From assembly GCF_000143415.4 (NCBI RefSeq), contig NW_003314299.1:184069-248068 (forward strand): 64,000 nt of DNA. Reading direction: 5' to 3'. The DNA is from Selaginella moellendorffii. Lineage: Eukaryota > Plantae > Lycopodiophyta. The position numbers and the translations under genes were made by a program. The notes under the pieces are model-generated. The model worked only from the letters and a program-made list of their open reading frames with translations. It ran no database searches and was not told the DNA's origin. Numbering within the stretch: the first letter of the stretch is position 1; each line of letters opens with the position of its first letter. Of the stretch, positions 1 through 11,628 are shown piece after piece.

Positions 1-139
1 GAAACCCTTTATATACAATTCTAGCAAAAAGGTACCAAATGTAAAAGAGCGCATATTATCTGGGTTCTTTTATCTAGGAAAAAATGTGAGGAAATAAAAA
101 AAAGTGAGCAAAAAAAAAAAATTGTTAACGTCAATAATG

Positions 140-773
140 CCCACGCCCCGGATTGCCGGCGAAGTTCTCCCGCCGCTAGGTATGGCGCCAGTGAGGTGGT
201 TGTGGGAGACGTTCAAGTAGTTCAGGTTCTTGAGCGCCAGGATGGTGGGATTTTCCCAGTGATGCGGTTGGAGCTGAGGCTCAGCACTGCAACGAGGTCA
301 TTTCGTCTTGGATCATTGGGATCTTGGAGAACCAGCTCGGGATGGCTCCTGTGAGCTGCGACGAGGTCGATCCGGAAAAGAAGTGCCCTCCCAAGTCGCG
401 AACTTCCAGCTGACGCAGCTTAACCAAAGGCAGGAGGTACGGGACCATCCATGCCATTATCGTGGACACTGAGAGTCCGGAGCTGAGAGAGGCTTCCCAG
501 TTCTGGAGACAGCATACCTCTTAATCCCATGGACTCCAGCTTGAGCTCGCTCACACGTCCGCTAGCTCCGTCGCATTTGACACCAGGCCAGGCACAGCAG
601 CTGGATTGCTGGGTCCAGTTGGTAAGCAGCTTACTCCGATCGTCGTCGGCATTTTTGAAAGCCAGCAATGCCTTCTCGTCTTCGCTGTTGCAGGATGCCG
701 CAGTGGTGCCGTGAACAAGGAGCGAAACGAGTAAAACAACGAGAAGTGTTCGAGACATTGCAAGGGAACCCAC
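140..773 (-). pseudogene. Secreted LRR protein (PGIP/RLP-like) pseudogene, internally deleted
   Basis: ORF 420-773 has a signal peptide, an LRRNT cap (SCNSEDEKALLAFK...SSCCAWPGVKC) and the first LRRs. Downstream are frameshifted fragments paralogous to the C-terminus of the neighbouring gene (LTGAIPSWF, ENFAGNPG). Confidence 0.8.
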
Positions 774-1237
774 AAGCGAATGATGATGTGAGGTAATCTA
801 AGAGGCTCACTCTCTATTTACCTTAATAGGAGAGAGCGCGCACTGTGAGGGACGAAAGAACTTCAAAGGTACTTATACTAAGAAGTCCTGCTGCATATCT
901 TCAAGGATAGCGTTCTGTTTATATCGTTCCAGCATTGAGAGTGGCACTGTTCAATTGGTGCCAGGAGGTTAACTTTTAGTTCCAAGTTCAATGGGTCTTA
1001 CACACTCTCCTACTTTACAACTAGCAAGGTACACCATGTTCATGCTAGAGATTTTTTTTTTATACAACTCCTGATAGGGACCGAATCTTGTGGAGCTCCA
1101 TGATAGCTTCATATGCAAGAGCCACAGGCAGCAAGGCAACGAAATGCAGGCCGTCGATTCTCAAAACTCTTTGCTTTGCATCCATCGTGGCCGCACAAAG
1201 GCAGAAGGCCATTTGAAAACTAAAAGTCCCGCCATCT

Positions 1238-3190
1238 TCATGACAGAGCTAGGGTTTTTGGGGAGCACGGGGGCAGGGGCTTGCCGCAGAGCCCCGGATT
1301 GGCGGCAAAGTTCTCCGGATCCATGTCGATGAGCGGCTCTCCGCTAGGTATGGCGCCAGTGAGCTGGTTGTGGGCGACATTCAAGTAGTTCAGTTTCTTG
1401 AGCGTCAGGAATTCCACTGGAATCTTGCCGGTCAGGCGGTTCCTGGCAAGGTCTAGCCTCTGCAAGCTCGTGAGATTGGCGAGGCTGGGAGGGATGGCGC
1501 CAGTGAGCGCGTTGTCATCCAGGTAGAGCCCCGTGAGTTGGGTCAGCTGGCCAAGCTCTGGTGGGATTTCCCCAGTGATGCGGTTGGAGCTGAGGCTCAG
1601 CACTGCGAAGTCGCTGACGACGTCTTTGGCGTCTTGGGCCATTGGGATCTTGCCGAACCAGCTCGGGATGGCTCCTGTGAGCTGGGAGTGGTCGAGCACG
1701 AGGAAGGAAACTTGGGGGAGTGTGGTCAGTCCTTCGAGAGCCTGAAAGCTGAGGTTGTTGTAGTTGAGTCCGAGGTGGTATAGCGTTCCTTTTCCCATGT
1801 TGCTCAAGTCTTTCGGGACTCCCGTAAGGAAGTTGTCGCGCAGCTCCAGATACCTCAACTTGGGAAGAGTTTTTCCAAAGCTGTCTGGAAGTTTTCCTTG
1901 GATCTTGTTGGACTGGAGGAAGAGGTGCTTGAGGTTGGAGATTCTTCCCAAGGAATTGAGCAAAGCTCCAGTGATGGAGTTGAAGGAGAGGTCTATCTCG
2001 CATGTAAGCTCGGGGTGTTCCTTGAGGTTGATGCTTCCAAACCAGGAAGGTATTGACCCTTGGAGCTTGCAGCCGCTGAGAGAGATCGTTGAGAGCCCCG
2101 GGAGTGTTTTCAGCCCGGAGATGGCGTCAAAGCTCGTGATATTATTGTTATCCAGTCGGATGACTTGCAAGCTGCTAAGGTTGGCCATGTTGGTGGGAAG
2201 CCCAGTGAGGTTGTTCATCGAAAGCTGCAGCCTTTTGAGGTTTTTGAGACCTTGAGCAAAACCATCTGGAATACGACCCGACAGCTGGCTTGCCGAGGCC
2301 CAAAGCTCGCTGAGATTGGAGAGAAGGCCTAGAGACTCGGGGATGCTGCCGCTGAATGAGTTGGACGAGATATCCAGCTTGACAAGTTTGCTAAGACGGC
2401 TGAGAGAACTCGGTATTTGTCCAGTAAGCCCAGTGCCAGACAGCTAAAGTTCTTCCAGGGAAGCGAGCTGGCCGAAAGAGCTCGGAATGGGGCCATGCAT
2501 ACCTCTGTTGAAAGAAAGGTCCAGTACCTTGAGTTTCTTGAGGATGCCGAGCGTGTCGGGGTATCGTCCAGCGACGTTGGTGCCTGATATCTTCAACGTC
2601 TCCAAGCTGGCAAGCTTGCCTAGCGATGGAGGAATGGAGCCGGACAACTTGGTGCCACTCAAGTCGAGATATTCCAAGTTTTGGAGGTCACCGAGACGCT
2701 CTGGAATGGATCCTGTGAGCTCGGAAATGCTTGAGAGATCGAGACGTTGGAGGCTTTTCAGTTCCCCGAAGGATGAGGGAATGGAACCTGTGAGCTTGGG
2801 AGAACCCGAGAGATAGAGACGCTGAAGGCTTTTCAGTTGCCCAAGGGAGGAAGGAATGGAGCCTGTGAACAAGCTTGCTCTGAGATTCAAGACAAGGAGT
2901 TTCTCGAGCTTGGCGAGGAACGACGGAATGCGGCCCGAGCCGTCGGCCCTTTCAAGGATGAGGTACCTCAAGCTGGTAATTTCCCAACTACGGATGGAAT
3001 CGGTCCCTCAAATCTATAACCTGTCAGATCCAGCGTTTGCAGTGTGGATGCAAGCTGAGCAAGCGATGATAGCAATGGTCCGGAGAAGAAGTTCCCTCCC
3101 AAGTCGAGAACTCCAGCTGACGCAGCTTATCAAAGGCAGGAGGTACGAGACCATCCATGCTATTATCGTGGATGCTGAGCGTCCGGCGTC
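1238..3190 (-). pseudogene. Plant extracellular LRR protein, 5'-truncated, with an in-frame stop
   Basis: ORFs 2444-2971 and 1238-2218 are in frame, separated by TAG at 2444-2446. Plant-specific LxxLxxLxLxxNxLtGxIP repeats and a C-cap (FAANPGLCGKPLPPC) are present, with no TM or kinase domain. Frameshifted LRRs lie at 3000-3190, and no signal peptide or LRRNT is present. Confidence 0.8.
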
Positions 3191-3216
3191 TGAAGCTTTG
3201 AGAAACAACTTCATCA

Positions 3217-5001
3217 TTGAACGTTCTGGTTTCAATTCTTACTTTTGGAGGTTTGTTCTTTACATTCTTTGTTTATTGCATGTCCATTGCAGCAGTAAAG
3301 CCGGCCACAGCATTCAAGGTCGAGATAGCCACTGACGCTGCTGCAAGGGTGCGCTTTGCATCAAACGGGAAGATCAAGATGTATGGCAAGCTTTCGAGAG
3401 TTAAGGATGCTCGGCAAGTTTTCGATCGCATGTGTGACAAGGACTCGGTGTCTTGGTTCTTGATGCTATCTGTGTATGCGCAAAATGGTCATATGGAAGA
3501 GGCCAAGCTGATGTTTTCCCAAATGCCGGAGAGGAGTTTGATTTCTTTCAACATGATGTTATCTTCGCTTGGTCGGTGTGGATGTGTACAAGAAGCTTAC
3601 AAAATCTTTAACGAGATGCCTCACAGGGATTTAGTGTCTTGGAACGCCGTGATCTCTGCATATGGCCAAAATGGGTATATCAACGAGACGGTTCAGGTGT
3701 TTGATGCCATGCCCGAGAGAGATTTGATCTCTTGGACGGTAATTTTAACGTTGCATGCGAATAATAGAAATTTGGAAGAAGCTAAGAACATCTTTGAGAA
3801 AATGCCAGAAAGAGATCTAGCTGCTTGGAACTGTATGCTGAATGCATATTCCCAAAGCGGGTATCCGCAGGAGGCAAGGCGTGTGTTTTATTCTATGCCT
3901 CAGAGAAGTCTCATTTCCTGGACTGTGATGTTAAACCTCTCTGCCGCAAATTCTAGTTTACAAGAAACAAAGAACATATTCGAAGCCATTCCAGAATTTA
4001 ATCTAGTTTCGTGTACGTCAATGATTTCTGCATATGCCCAATCAGGGTATCTCTTGGAAGCTAAATCACTATTTGATAGAATGCCATGCTGGAACTTGGT
4101 AACATGGACCGCGATGCTGGCAGCATGTGTGCGCGCTGGCAGCATCTTCATGGCCGAGGACATCTTTCAAAAAATGCCATTCAAGAATCCAGTCGCATGC
4201 AACGCCATGCTAGCCGGATATGCCCACGCTGGCAAAGTTGAGCAGGCAAAGTGTATATTTGACAAAATGCCATGCTGGAGTTTAGTATCGTGGAGTTCAC
4301 TGCTGTATGTCTACGCAGGATCAAGAGATATGGACTTGACACGACGATTTTTCGATAAAATGCCATACCACCAGCTAGTTTCCTGGAACACCATGCTTGA
4401 TGCTTATGCCCAAAACGGGTATATGGCAGAAGCAAGGGTCATGTTCAATGCAATGGTGGAGAAGGACGTAATTTCTTGGACTATAATGGTTGCTGGCTAT
4501 GGCCTTAGTGGCCAGAGTTCACTTGCAAGAAAATCTTTTGCCCAGATGCCAGGGAAGAATGAAGTTTCTTGGGATGCAATGCTCAGTGCATGCACCCAAG
4601 CAGGGGATTCGGTTTCTGTGTTTGAGTTGTTTCACACTATGCAGATGGCCGGCATTTACAACCAAGTTGGATTTGTCTCCGTTCTCAATGCTCACGGCCA
4701 AGTTGGCAGTGTTAAATGTGCTAGAAGTTGCTTTGTTTCGATGGCTTTTGACTGTGGCATTCAGCCATGTCACCAGCATTACTCCTGCATAATCGATGGC
4801 TTGGCAAGAGCTGGTTACATTGACAATGCAAGAGAACTCATCGGAAACATGCCATTTGTTCCCACTTCTTTGGATTGGCTGTGCCTTTTAGCTGCATGTC
4901 GGAGCCTCGAGTGTGGAACCTGCGTATCAAAATGGGTGTCTGGAATTGCGAGCAGCAGAGCTATGTATCCTCTCCTGGCAAATGTATGGACTTGGCATTG
5001 A
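3217..5001 (+). CDS. PLS-class pentatricopeptide repeat protein with partial E domain (organellar RNA-editing factor type)
   Basis: Intronless ORF with tandem ~31-aa PPR motifs (VSWNAVISAYGQNGY...A..VFD.MP.RD) and an L2/S2/E-like end (HYSCIIDGLARAG...MPFVP...WLCLLAACR). No DYW domain. The true start may be near 3379. Confidence 0.88.
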   Translation: MNVLVSILTFGGLFFTFFVYCMSIAAVKPATAFKVEIATDAAARVRFASNGKIKMYGKLSRVKDARQVFDRMCDKDSVSWFLMLSVYAQNGHMEEAKLMFSQMPERSLISFNMMLSSLGRCGCVQEAYKIFNEMPHRDLVSWNAVISAYGQNGYINETVQVFDAMPERDLISWTVILTLHANNRNLEEAKNIFEKMPERDLAAWNCMLNAYSQSGYPQEARRVFYSMPQRSLISWTVMLNLSAANSSLQETKNIFEAIPEFNLVSCTSMISAYAQSGYLLEAKSLFDRMPCWNLVTWTAMLAACVRAGSIFMAEDIFQKMPFKNPVACNAMLAGYAHAGKVEQAKCIFDKMPCWSLVSWSSLLYVYAGSRDMDLTRRFFDKMPYHQLVSWNTMLDAYAQNGYMAEARVMFNAMVEKDVISWTIMVAGYGLSGQSSLARKSFAQMPGKNEVSWDAMLSACTQAGDSVSVFELFHTMQMAGIYNQVGFVSVLNAHGQVGSVKCARSCFVSMAFDCGIQPCHQHYSCIIDGLARAGYIDNARELIGNMPFVPTSLDWLCLLAACRSLECGTCVSKWVSGIASSRAMYPLLANVWTWH

Positions 5002-5681
5002 TAGAATCTAAGGAAAAAATAAACTGCTGCCTGGATTATGTTGTCAAATTGCTCGAGAATTTAAGACTAGAAGTACCAATTGCGTTTCATGCTTGATAAA
5101 TTCAAATATTGACAAAATGGGAAAAATACAAATCATTTGTCTATATAACACCCAGGATCTGAGCGTGGACCTCCTGGACCAAATCACCAGAGGCTCTGAG
5201 AGATCGCGAGCAACTTCAATCAGACAGATACCTTGCAATACCTAGCGATTGAGGTGTGTGGAAAGTGCACCAGGCGAAAATTGTGTTTGATGATCCGCCT
5301 GAGGGAATGTGTTTGATTCTATGCGAATGTTCTCAAAACTCTTGGAAAACTAGAAAACGATCAATGTTTAATGCCTGACGACGATACTTGCTGCATGATA
5401 GGTACTAACAAAAGCAAATATTCCTCTGCCCCACGATGCTCACACGTCGGAGCGATGGAGATGGAACGCGATGCCCTCGTCATGGCAGCGTGGGCTGCCT
5501 TCTTTGGAATCGATACTCCAGCTGACTCGATCCAACGCCTTGGACTCCTCCAAATCATGCGGTGCTTCGGTACCCGGCCTAGTCTCGCTGCACCAAACGA
5601 CGATTAAGTCAATGCAAGTGCTACGTCCATATCACCCATGTTTTGTATACACTTCCTTACAGATTGGGCTTCACAGGAATC

Positions 5682-7511
5682 TTAGACATGCACGCTTGAT
5701 TCCTCTGGCAACAGCACGCAACGTAGCTCCGACCTCTCAAACTCCTTGAAGGATCGGTCACCAGTGATGTAGAACACAAAGGCGGGAGGGGACTTGTCAA
5801 GGATGTATGTCACTGCTCCAAGATGGAGGCAGAGCATGGAGACGTGTACCGCAGCGAGTGCTGCCACTAGCCAAGCGAAAAGAAAGCCGTAGCTTGGGTA
5901 AAGCGTCCAGGCCTTCCCGAGTACTGGGAGTGCCATGGCGAAGACCGAGTCGGAGATACCTTCCCTGCCAAAGAAACAGAAGAATATTAGAGAGCTTTGA
6001 TTGATCAAAACTGTCACACCTGTAATCGAATGTCTGGAGATATGGATCTACAACCGCTGAAACGCCTCCCGTGGAGCATCGAAACCAACTGAAGCCATTC
6101 TCCACAACACGGAAAGCATCGGCCTCTTTCGCCCAGGGACCGCTTGCTCCCCAAGTCGCGGCTGGTTGGAGCATGATATCAATCCTAGCACATTCACCAG
6201 AAACTTAGAGAACACCGTCATAACTTCGCTCTACCTCTTTTTCCCGGCCTGCCGCATCAGGTCTGGAAACTCGAAATCGTAACAAATAGCTCCTCCAATC
6301 CGCCCGAGCTCGGTCTTGATGGCAGGAAGAATGGGATCCCCTGGAGTTCCATACCACTCCATGAATGGAACCAAGTGGGATTTCCTGTAGCTAAATCCAA
6401 TGGAGCCATCGGGAAGAACGAGGTCGAAATAGTTCCCGACGCTCGCGTCCTTGTACTCGTAAGTGATGCCAACGTAGGCACCGTGCTGGGAAGCGATCTG
6501 TCCGGCTTTGAATTGGAGAGAATCCCTCTCCTGTTTGAGGTCGAGTTTCACCGCAGCCTCGGACCAGAGCACCAGTCGATCGCCGGCTCGGAGGCGCTGC
6601 CTCGTCCTGTTGAGCATCACATCCATGTCCTCGTAGAAGAGGACCTTGCCCAGGACGCAAGAGACCGGCACTGTTTTCTTCATCGTGAGGGCGATGTCCT
6701 TCTGGAAGAAATCCCCCGAGAAAATGGAGACCCTGGCGCTGCCGTAGAACAAGATCGAGAAAGCAATGGCTCCAAACGCCAGGGAGTGGCCGCGATGCAG
6801 CTGCATAGCACGCTTCTTGTCGGATTTCTCCATCTTGGAAAGATTCTCGTTGAGAACGGCCCTGTCGTGGAGAATCGCCGAGAACCACGCCATGAGGAAT
6901 GCGATTCCATCGATCCCCCACACACCGGCGCTCATCACCAGCGGCAAGATTGTAACCTGGGAAACGGCGGGATGGAGGAAGGAGCCGACGCCGCCGAATC
7001 GATTCCACAACAACCACGCTGTGGTCCAGATCGACGCGAATACCAGCGGCTGGGACGTTCTTGCTCGATCAAAACGCTTTCTGTAGCCGATGCTTGCAAG
7101 AAATGGGAGGAGAAGAAACATCCACAGTGCCAGTGCCCAGATTATTCCCACAATTGGCACGCTGCTGGCCTTGGAGTTGTCTGGGCTCACCTTTCCTGGG
7201 AAGAATGCCAAGAATGCCAGGCTCGCGGCAGTGGTGTGGAGGATGAGCGCCAGGAGAATTGTGAGTGCTGCAGAGCTCCATGAGCAAAAATTGTGTGAAA
7301 TGCCTGATTTGTGGAAGAAGTGCAGGAGGAAAAATGGTTGGAGCCAAGAACAAATTGCAACAGATTGGAAACCAGAGAAAAAAGTGCACACCACCGAGAG
7401 AATGACCAACAGTGCCACCTTTGTCATGTCTCTTGGTGTGTTAGGTGGTAATTTATAATGAGGCATATATAATGCCATTTTATATTTAGTAAGTTTTTGT
7501 GATTGTTTCAA
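5682..7511 (-). CDS. Apolipoprotein N-acyltransferase (Lnt)-like membrane protein with carbon-nitrogen hydrolase domain, 3 exons
   Basis: N-terminal TM helices and a nitrilase E-K-C triad (LVLWSEAA, YRKSHLVPFME, GGAICYDFEFP). GT-AG introns at 6185-6234 and 5965-6019 join three ORFs in frame (KKR|IDIMLQP; DYR|EGISD). There is a C-terminal TM and a stop at 5682. The start codon is uncertain (7511-7427). Confidence 0.82.
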
Positions 7512-7914
7512 AAACCAACTCTTGGGACTAAATTAAAATCTAAAATTTTGTTTTTAGACTCTTTTTTTATCTTATTATTTTAACTTGGTCCTCCCTTTGC
7601 CAACATTTACAATCATATTTAAATTGCTTTCCACTACATAGAACATATGTTAGTCAACTATACTCACTCTCCTTATTATACATTAAAACTCATTAGAAGC
7701 TTAAAAGTTTGGGGTCGTTAAGTGGTGAAGAACCTCAAAAAGAGGCATACATAATTTAGAGAGATTAAATTTTGTTTTTTCAGTTTAGATTATAACATTA
7801 ACATTCTCATGGCTAACAAGTGGAACAAAAATATTCTAAGAGAATATTTAATATAATAAAGTTTGGTAAACTTTATCTGCTAGGGTTTAACCCCAAGCTC
7901 TATACTATTTCAAA

Positions 7915-9119
7915 AAAAGATTGGAGTGTGGTGCTTATCTCAAGTTCTTTCTCCCTCAAGAAGCTGGATGGACGCTTAGTGATTTCAGCAATGAATCCCC
8001 CTACTCGATCATGTTTGGGCCAGACAAATGTGGTGCCACCAACAAAGTCCACTTCATCTACAAGCACAAGGGCCCAAAATCCGACAAGCACACCTCAAGT
8101 ACCCGCCATTGCCAGTGGCTGACAAGCTCTCTCACGTCTACATGGCAGTGATCTACCTGAACAACACGCTCAAGATCCTCATCGGCGGCAAGGAGGAGAA
8201 GAGCATCGACCTCCTCTCGAGCGACTTCCATCCCCAATCCCGACGACAAGAAGCCCGAGGACTGGGACGAGCGGGCGAAGGTCCCGGATCCGGAAGCGAC
8301 CAAGCCTGAGGATTGGGGATCTGGGCTCCGAAGCAAATACTGAACCCGGAGTACTTCGAGTTGGACAGGCCGGATCTAGAGCCGATCTCGAATCGAGATC
8401 TGGACGATGCAGGACGGCATTCTTTTTGACAACATCCTAGTGGCAACTGACAAGGCTGTGGCAGCAGAGTACAGGGAGACGAAATGGAAGCCCAAGTACT
8501 AGGCTGAGAAGAAGCAAAAAATTGAAGAAGCGACTCCGAGTCCTGACGGCATTGGTACTTTTCCATTGTCTTCTTTTGTCTGTCTTTTTTTTTTTGTTGT
8601 GTGTGTGTGTGACGACCTTGAATCTTTTCAGGCAAAGATGTTTGAGTACCTGCGCAAGGTTGCCGACATCCCGGCTTTGGCGTCACAGAAGGAGAAGATT
8701 CTTGTAAGTAAAACACACGAGCATGGACTTTGTCTCGTATTCTAACTTTTTCTTTTCGTTTGTGACAGGATCTTCTGGAGAAGGCCGAGAAGTTCCCAAC
8801 CATTTCTTTGAGCGCCATAGCTTTGATCCCGCTCATCTTGGTGGTCACGCTATTTAAGATTCTTTTTTGTGGCAAGAAATCGCCCCCCAAGAAGACGAAG
8901 GTACAATTAGCAATAGTGCTGCGGGAGTTTTGGACACTCATGGTTGTTTGTCTTGCGCAGGTGACTGTTGAGAAGTCCAGAGGAAGACATCTCCAGCCCG
9001 GACGATTCCAAGGACAAGGCGGAGGACGACGCGGCTGGCAACGAGATTGAGAAGGAAGGCGAGGGCGCCTGCCAAAGGAGAACCCGACGCGAATTGTAAG
9101 AAAACAGGAGGTGAGATAG
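7915..9119 (+). pseudogene. CNX: Calnexin pseudogene (unprocessed, frameshifted, P-domain partly deleted)
   Basis: Motifs [52 protein letters not shown] and NPEYFELDRPD are present. A TM segment (AIALIPLILVVTLFKILF) and remnant GT-AG introns follow. There are several frameshifts and no N-terminus. Confidence 0.85.
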
Positions 9120-9530
9120 ATTGAAGCTTTTACTCGAGAGAAGACAAGAGAAGAGAGCCCAAAACGTTGTATTGTAAGTGGATGTTTCCCTTTTTTTTGG
9201 ATTTTACTTAAATCACTATAGTACCTGAAGTACATAGAATTGCTGAATAGATTCTAGGAGGTTACCTTAAACCATTAACACAACTAGGTTGAAATGGGGT
9301 GCAAAGCAACTAGGTGATGTGTCTCTTACTCTAGCACCCTCTTTATTATAATTGGCTTTTTCCCTCATTCTTGGAGATTTTGGTGATTATTTTTTTCCAA
9401 AATTAAATACATCTTCATAATATAGGCTGTATTAGTGGTAGAGGTGGTATAATAAATACCCCAAAACCTTTAACCAATTTTAATTGATTAAAAAAAAAGA
9501 TGCTTTATTCATGGGCCCTTTCTCTATATA

Positions 9531-11073
9531 TGTGAGACACAAATCCCTAAACCCCAAAGTGAAGCAAAAAAGGTGCCACATAGTAGTGGTCAAAGCAGAA
9601 ATTTAACAAGCATAACATGTTTAGACTAAAGGCTTTAACTTAGAAAGTCAAGAGTGGGACTGGAACTTTGAATGAAGTGCTCGAGGGATGAGCATGAAGC
9701 AATCAATGAATAAATATCTAAAAAGGGACATAAGAAGGATTGACATATAGTAAGTGTTGTAACACATGGCAGTGTCAGGAACGAGTTTGAGAAGTAGTCT
9801 AAGATGGAGTTTGATATGGATTTGAGATGGAGTCTGAGATGGAATCTGAGATGGAGTCTGAGATGGAATCTGAGATGGAATTCGAGATGGAATCTGAGAT
9901 GGAGTCAGAGATGGAGTTTAATATGGACATGAAATGGAGTCCAAGATGGACCCAAGATGGAGTCTGAGGTCGAGTTTGAGATGGACCTAAGATGAAGTTC
10001 GAGGTCGAGGCCAAGAAAGAGATTGAGACTAAGACCAAGACTAAGGCCGAGACCGAGTCCAAGTCTGAGACCAAATCTGAGTCCGAGTCCGAATTCGAGT
10101 GTGAAGGTGAATCTCCCAAACCCTAGGGGGTTTGGTAAGCTCCAAAAGTATAGTAAGGGGAAGACTTCAATGGAGTCAATTTGGCTCGGAAATGCCAATG
10201 TAACCAAAGAAGGTTATACCCACATGGTGGATGATGCTATAACCATTGAGGAGTCCAAGGTTAGAGTGAACATAGATAGACAAATGGGGTAGTTTTATGA
10301 AGTTTTCAAAAGTTAGTTTTAGTTCCTTCGGGAGATCAAATAGTTAATGTTCCCAATCCAAATATGGGTGGCATTATCTACTTGGATATTTAGCATGGCT
10401 CATTGGAACTTTGCTTTAGCCACATGGCTAAAGCACCCAAAGATGGAGGGTGGGGAGGTTCACATAGGGTTACAGTATTTCAAAATGTTGTCCCAAAGTC
10501 CCAGACTATGAAAAGGAAGAGAAACAATCCTTTTGTATAGTGACCAAAGATGTAGTCATGTGGTAAGGAAGTCCCAGAAGTCAATAGGACATAGTGGTTG
10601 CACCTTTGGGCCATGACCCATTGGTAGTGTTGGTGAATATAGCTGGGACAAAAAAGAACTTGGTAAGGACTGAAAAAGAGATGTTAGGGAAGGCTATTCT
10701 TCATATCTCCAAGCATCCTAAAGATGCTAAATAGTGGTTTTGATATGACTAATCATGCATAGATAGCCTAGTATTTAAGAGAGGGGATTATGGCACAAGT
10801 GGTCTAGGATTACTATTGAGATAAGGGTAAATAGACACAACCTTAGTGTAGCAGGTTGTTATGTTAGTAGTACCTTTGGGGTGTCAATCATAGGATTAAA
10901 TATGTGGAGCACTTGGACCAAATGCAAAGGTTAAGTGGCATAGATATCATTCATGGGGCTAGTAAATCCCTAAGTCCAAAATAGAACTTATGAAGGTTGT
11001 GAATGAAACTCTTTTAAGTGGTTGAAGGTGTGGTTAAATAACTAAAGTAAAATGAAAAATTTAATCACTTATA
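9531..11073 (+). mobile_element. LARD-family LTR, copy A (old, degenerate)
   Basis: Starts TGTGAGACAC, carries the degenerate GATGGAGTCCGA satellite, and ends with a decayed CACTTATA plus a decayed Met PBS. Family internal sequence follows at 11074-11628 and 15942-~17000. Confidence 0.75.
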
Positions 11074-11628
11074 ACTTAGTATCAAAGCTATTCTTTAGTT
11101 CAACTCTTATTGATGGTCGAGTATATCACCACTTGTATTGGCATCAAAAGGCCTTAGGAATAGGCTTATCCTCAAGGAGTAGCAGGTTGAGATGGCATGA
11201 CTCTCCACTTTAGTTTATACGTGAATATATAAATAATGTGGTGGATAAAAAGGGGCTAATAAATGAATGACTTTGGGATTTTGGGAATAGTATAAGGTTT
11301 TTCTTCGAAAGTTGAGATGAGAGTTTGATTTAGCAAATTGGCTAATATGGTTAAGGTAAATAACTATAATTGGATCACGGGAAGGATGAAGACTCTAAGA
11401 CAATAAAGGAGTTGTAAAATTAACTTCATATAGTTGAGGATGGTGCTCATGAATTTGAAACAAAAATTAATGACCATGGAAAGTCAAATGCAAAAGAGAA
11501 CACAAGTCCTTAAAATAGTAGCTAGGGCTACCTTTAATAAATGTTGGAACAACCCAATAAGTTAAGGCTATATTTAGAGGATGAGTTGGTATTCTCATTA
11601 TATGGACAGATAATCCTAAAGGGCAAAG

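Noticed and set aside
6375-7283. 302-aa plus-strand ORF
   Set aside because: It is the antisense shadow of the GC-rich Lnt-like exon.
8153-9235. 360-aa minus-strand ORF
   Set aside because: It is the antisense shadow of the calnexin pseudogene and has no motifs.
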